DNA of 64,000 nucleotides. Source: an uncultured virus (IMG/VR IMGVR_UViG_3300002835_000092) (taxonomy: Duplodnaviria; Heunggongvirae; Uroviricota; Caudoviricetes). Where the stretch lies: IMG/VR virus record IMGVR_UViG_3300002835_000092, one strand, 5' to 3'. The position numbers and the translations under genes are program-made. Below the pieces are notes generated by a model that did no database searches, was not told where the DNA came from, and was given only the letters and a program-made list of their open reading frames with translations. Below, piece after piece: positions 60,359 through 64,000 of the stretch; position 1 is the first letter of the stretch; each line of letters starts with the position of its first letter.

Positions 60359-60711
60359 AATTCCTCAATACCTTTAAGTTCATAAACATCTACCCATTTT
60401 TTACCACAATCCTCTTCATTACATTTGACAATTCTACTACAAGAATTTGTATCAAAATCTGGATGGTATGCTGTAATATCTCCTGAATAACAATATGGAC
60501 ATTCATCTGGATTTTTCAGATAATGTTCTTTTTGTTCTTGTGTTAATTTAGCCATTATTGACAATATTTTAATTTGTTGTTTCCAATATGAAATTAATGT
60601 ATAAGCATTATCACAATAATCTTTAAATTCTTCTTCATTTAAAGATAGTTCAATTTCTTCAATAGATTTCTCTATTTGACCAATGATTTGATTAATTTTT
60701 TGTTTTTCCAT
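60355..60711 (-). CDS. Hypothetical protein with Zn-ribbon
   Basis: CPYC...CNEEDC. Confidence 0.6.
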   Translation of the reverse strand: MEKQKINQIIGQIEKSIEEIELSLNEEEFKDYCDNAYTLISYWKQQIKILSIMAKLTQEQKEHYLKNPDECPYCYSGDITAYHPDFDTNSCSRIVKCNEEDCGKKWVDVYELKGIEEL

Positions 60712-61501
60712 TAATTTTAGAATTTACAATTGATAGTAAAGCATGAGGATTACATATACCATAACCTGCACTCATAACATCATTAACAGATAAACAAGGT
60801 TTGTTAAGTAAAATAAATTCTTGAGCAGCTTCTTTTGTTGAAAATCTCCAAGTAGCATTGTCTAACTTATAATTTTCTATTGCTTCTTGTTCTAAATATT
60901 TAAAATCATAAAATACAGCACAATAATTATCTCCTTCATAAATTTCTTCTCCATCTACAGTTGTAAATAGATACTCTACCTTTTTGATATTTTCTAATCT
61001 ATAGTGTATTCTACCACCATTAGGTTCAGATAAATCTTTTAAACCATCAATGAAGACTATATCTTTTATGATACTTATTCTGTTTATATGATATTTAGTA
61101 AAAGCAGAAGTAATTCTATTAGTTAAACTGAATACTTCTCCATCAGATAATCTTTTAACTGAATAAATAGACCAATGTTCCATCTTAACAAGACCTTCTT
61201 CTCCTTCCCAAGTTAAAATATTATCACCTTTATATTGACCATTTTCTTGCTTGGTAATAATTTCGCCTTTTATTAACTCATTAAAGTTTTGATTACACAT
61301 AAAAGATAAAATTTCATAATCTTTCTTTTCAATTACTTCTTCCCAATATTCAGGATAATTTTCTACATAATTTTGTGAAACAGTCATATTTACATTAGGA
61401 CTATTTATATCAAAATATACAAAAACACCTCTTCTATCCACAATAGTACCTAATTTAGGTGAACCTGGATATTCTTTGATTAATTTATACTTTTTTGTCA
61501 T
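60692..61501 (-). CDS. Hypothetical protein
   Basis: YKLIKEYPGSP N-terminus; coupled ORF. Confidence 0.65.
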   Translation of the reverse strand: MTKKYKLIKEYPGSPKLGTIVDRRGVFVYFDINSPNVNMTVSQNYVENYPEYWEEVIEKKDYEILSFMCNQNFNELIKGEIITKQENGQYKGDNILTWEGEEGLVKMEHWSIYSVKRLSDGEVFSLTNRITSAFTKYHINRISIIKDIVFIDGLKDLSEPNGGRIHYRLENIKKVEYLFTTVDGEEIYEGDNYCAVFYDFKYLEQEAIENYKLDNATWRFSTKEAAQEFILLNKPCLSVNDVMSAGYGICNPHALLSIVNSKINGKTKN

Positions 61502-61788
61502 CTTATTTCAACATTTAAGTGTACCCATTCATCAACAGTTTCAATATCAGTAGATATTTTACCTCTATATTTATCAAGAAGAATTTTCTCAATTCTTTTT
61601 GCATCTTGATAATCAATATCAGAGTGTTCTTCATCTCCAATATTACCATTTTCTCTTGTAGAGAAATTAATGAAATCATAATCATCACTACATACAGTTA
61701 AATTTGTTTTTTCATCTGATGTAACAATGTTTCTAATATCATGGATTATTTTTTGAGCTTCTATTGCTTTTTCCTCTTTATGATTCAT
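61498..61788 (-). CDS. Hypothetical protein
   Basis: In-frame ATG 61788 near the upstream stop. Confidence 0.55.
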   Translation of the reverse strand: MNHKEEKAIEAQKIIHDIRNIVTSDEKTNLTVCSDDYDFINFSTRENGNIGDEEHSDIDYQDAKRIEKILLDKYRGKISTDIETVDEWVHLNVEIR

Positions 61789-62107
61789 AATCTTCAATTT
61801 TGTCTTTAATAGATGCTTCACATAATATAAGATAATTAATTAAATCTCCAATTTTTTCATCTACTTTTTCAGTAGAAGGGAGAATATTATTATCAATATC
61901 ATTAAGAATATCAATAAATGATACATAATGTTTTAGAGCAAATCCCCATAATGCTTTTTCTCTTGAAACATTATTTATTCTTGCTGCTACATTAAAATTA
62001 TGTAAAGGGTCATTATTTCTAATATACTCTTTACCTTTAATTAATAATGTTTCTTTGATTTTTTGTAATCTGTTTTCAATTACTTTGTCAAATTCCTCTT
62101 GTGTCAT
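61778..62107 (-). CDS. All-alpha nucleotide pyrophosphatase-like protein (DUF1599-like)
   Basis: KGKEY...DPLHNF...KIGDLINYLIL. Confidence 0.5.
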   Translation of the reverse strand: MTQEEFDKVIENRLQKIKETLLIKGKEYIRNNDPLHNFNVAARINNVSREKALWGFALKHYVSFIDILNDIDNNILPSTEKVDEKIGDLINYLILCEASIKDKIEDYES

Positions 62108-62346
62108 AATTCTACAAATTCTATAGATTCTTTATGTAATTCAGTCATTACCATTAAATCTTGATTATCAAATTTTTCATTAGATTCATCCATAGATTCT
62201 TGTATTAAACCTACTTCATATTGACCAGATTTCCCAGAAATATTATCATCATTTTGCATTGCTGGTGTAACTTGTTCTCTTATGAATCTTTTAAATCCTG
62301 GAGTAAATTCTGGATTTAATGCTACTTTAAATAGTGATTGCCACAT
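62104..62346 (-). CDS. Hypothetical protein
   Basis: ORF with ATGA overlap. Confidence 0.55.
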   Translation of the reverse strand: MWQSLFKVALNPEFTPGFKRFIREQVTPAMQNDDNISGKSGQYEVGLIQESMDESNEKFDNQDLMVMTELHKESIEFVEL

Positions 62347-62359
62347 AATTTATAATTTT

Positions 62360-62398
62360 AAAAAAATCAAAGTGAAGCATTTCTACTTCACTTTGATT
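62360..62398 (-). terminator. Intrinsic terminator after HU
   Basis: AATCAAAGTGAAG/CTTCACTTTGATT stem with minus-strand T-run. Confidence 0.8.
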
Positions 62399-62411
62399 AT
62401 AATTTATAAAA

Positions 62412-62666
62412 CTATTTAGCTCCTTTGAAACTAAATACTTCTCTTGCAGCAATAGTAAGAGTTTCTCCTGTTTTAGGATTTCTACCTTGTCTTGCAGCTT
62501 TCTTAACATTTGAGAAAGTACCATAACCTTGAATGGTTAATTTACCATCTTCAATAGCAAGATTTTTACAAGAAGTTAATACAGCTTGAATGTTTTTTTC
62601 AGCTTCATCTTTTGTCAAACCTGTAACTTCTTGTACAGCTTTTGTTAGTTTTGCATTATTATTCAT
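62412..62666 (-). CDS. hup: HU family DNA-binding protein
   Basis: LTIQGYGTF...ARQGRNPKTGETLTIAA. Confidence 0.92.
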   Translation of the reverse strand: MNNNAKLTKAVQEVTGLTKDEAEKNIQAVLTSCKNLAIEDGKLTIQGYGTFSNVKKAARQGRNPKTGETLTIAAREVFSFKGAK

Positions 62667-62687
62667 AATAAAGATTAGAGGTTTCCT

Positions 62688-63278
62688 TTACTCCTCAAGG
62701 TTCTTATAATTAAAAAATTCTTTTTGTTTTTCAGGAGGGAAGTCATATTCTATTCCTTCTCCTTTCAAGTCATTATGTGTCAAAAGTGTACCAAATGAAT
62801 CATTTACTTTTTTGATAAATATGTCTCTCATACTTAAAGATTTAGTTAAAACTTTTTTAGCTTCCGAATCTTTTGGAAAAAATTGTTCTAATTCATCTTT
62901 ACAATACATTTTACTGTATTTACCTTCATTGAATTTATCATAAACATCACTATGACTTTCTGGAAATTTAATAACAACCATGTGTTTTCTACCTCTTTCA
63001 ATATCATCATAAGCATAATCAGTAACATAATATTCCTGATGTTTAAGATAATTTAGAAAGTTTTGAAATTTTGCAGGTTGATACAACTTGTCTGATAAAA
63101 TATAAATCAATCTTTGTTGTTCAAAATCAGTACCATCTAATAGACAGTCATGTATTCCAAATGCTAAATTAAAGACAGAATTTAATTTTACTACAAATGT
63201 TGGACCATGCAGTTTTAAACAAGGTAATAAATATTTATAAGTTTTATTTACATATATTTTTCCTAATTCTATTTGCAT
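62688..63278 (-). CDS. Hypothetical protein
   Basis: GKYSKMY motif; ORF in the operon. Confidence 0.6.
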   Translation of the reverse strand: MQIELGKIYVNKTYKYLLPCLKLHGPTFVVKLNSVFNLAFGIHDCLLDGTDFEQQRLIYILSDKLYQPAKFQNFLNYLKHQEYYVTDYAYDDIERGRKHMVVIKFPESHSDVYDKFNEGKYSKMYCKDELEQFFPKDSEAKKVLTKSLSMRDIFIKKVNDSFGTLLTHNDLKGEGIEYDFPPEKQKEFFNYKNLEE

Positions 63279-63281
63279 AAT

Positions 63282-64000
63282 TTATACATTTATAATACCA
63301 TTCCAATCAACAATTAAATGTTCATTTTTTTCATCAGCTTCTATAATATCTTTATCCATTTCCCATCCTTTTTCTGTATGGTATATAAATAAATCAATTA
63401 ATTGGTCAAAACCATCAATTTTAGACAATATAACATATTGTTCTGGAATACTTGTTGAAAATGAAGTATCAACAACAGTATAAGATGGTCTTCCCTCTTT
63501 ACCTATTTTCAATAATGTTTCTGACATTTGATAAATAAGTGGTTTTCCAGGATTTATAGTAGATTCTACTATGAATTTGAAAGGTTTTAGTACATCAAGA
63601 TTATTTTGTAAAGCATAATAATCAATTAATGCAGCAGAATACCAAGCACCTTGAATATCATATCTATAAGATTTGATACTACTCAAGAAATCAACAGTAT
63701 TTCCAGACATTGTTTTTAAATCAATACCTTCAACACTAATAATTTTACCTTGTTCATCTCTAACTACAACAACTAAATCTAATAGAGCTTTACATTCTAC
63801 ACCTTTATAATTAAAATATATAGGCATTTGATAAATAAATGTTACATTCTCAAATTCTGATTGTGATTCTCTATCAAAATATTTAGCTGTTCTCCAATGT
63901 GTTTTCAAAGAAGAAGTTATATTCAATATTTTATTATGAGTAGTAGAATCAATAATAGTTTTACCAAAAGATTTTGATAAATCTTGAAAATACTCTGTTC
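63282..64000 (-). CDS. RecE/exonuclease VIII-like PD-(D/E)xK nuclease, 5'-truncated by the window
   Basis: CKALLDLV, IDLKT, YRYDIQGAWY; frame stays open to the window edge. Confidence 0.7.
   Translation of the reverse strand, partial: TEYFQDLSKSFGKTIIDSTTHNKILNITSSLKTHWRTAKYFDRESQSEFENVTFIYQMPIYFNYKGVECKALLDLVVVVRDEQGKIISVEGIDLKTMSGNTVDFLSSIKSYRYDIQGAWYSAALIDYYALQNNLDVLKPFKFIVESTINPGKPLIYQMSETLLKIGKEGRPSYTVVDTSFSTSIPEQYVILSKIDGFDQLIDLFIYHTEKGWEMDKDIIEADEKNEHLIVDWNGIINV

Noticed and set aside
62327..62524. 65-aa minus-strand ORF overlapping HU
   Set aside because: Alternate frame of the HU gene running through its terminator.
1..64000. Stop-codon reassignment as in some gut crAss-like phages
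   Set aside because: Very long ORFs read through under code 11, TAG/TGA end genes at normal boundaries (e.g. 8773, 29650), and no suppressor tRNA was seen.

Overview
AT-rich, gene-dense segment of a lytic crAss-like (Crassvirales-type) podovirus with a Bacteroidota, probably Flavobacteriia, host. It uses standard genetic code 11 and Bacteroidota TAnnTTTG promoters. The + strand (about 0.5-51.4 kb) is the late/virion module: GH108 endolysin, terminase, portal, major capsid, ring/tail proteins, a variable fibre region, holin, muzzle protein, ejection proteins and a 4301-aa virion RNA polymerase (DYDID) fused to a zincin domain. The - strand (51.5-64 kb) carries five tRNA genes and replication/nucleotide genes (MazG, GroES, ThyX, UvrD-like helicase, HU, RecE-like nuclease). 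Two things stand out. (1) A 23-codon leader ORF, missing from the ORF track, lies upstream of the tRNA cluster. It is rich in the five amino acids those tRNAs carry and overlaps a pause/antiterminator/terminator structure, which suggests a ribosome-sensing attenuator that turns phage tRNAs on when charged tRNA runs short. (2) thyX is split into two ORFs by a cassette carrying a GIY-YIG endonuclease and a Tad1-like immune-signal sponge. Protein calls come from motifs read by eye and recalled family knowledge; no database search was run.
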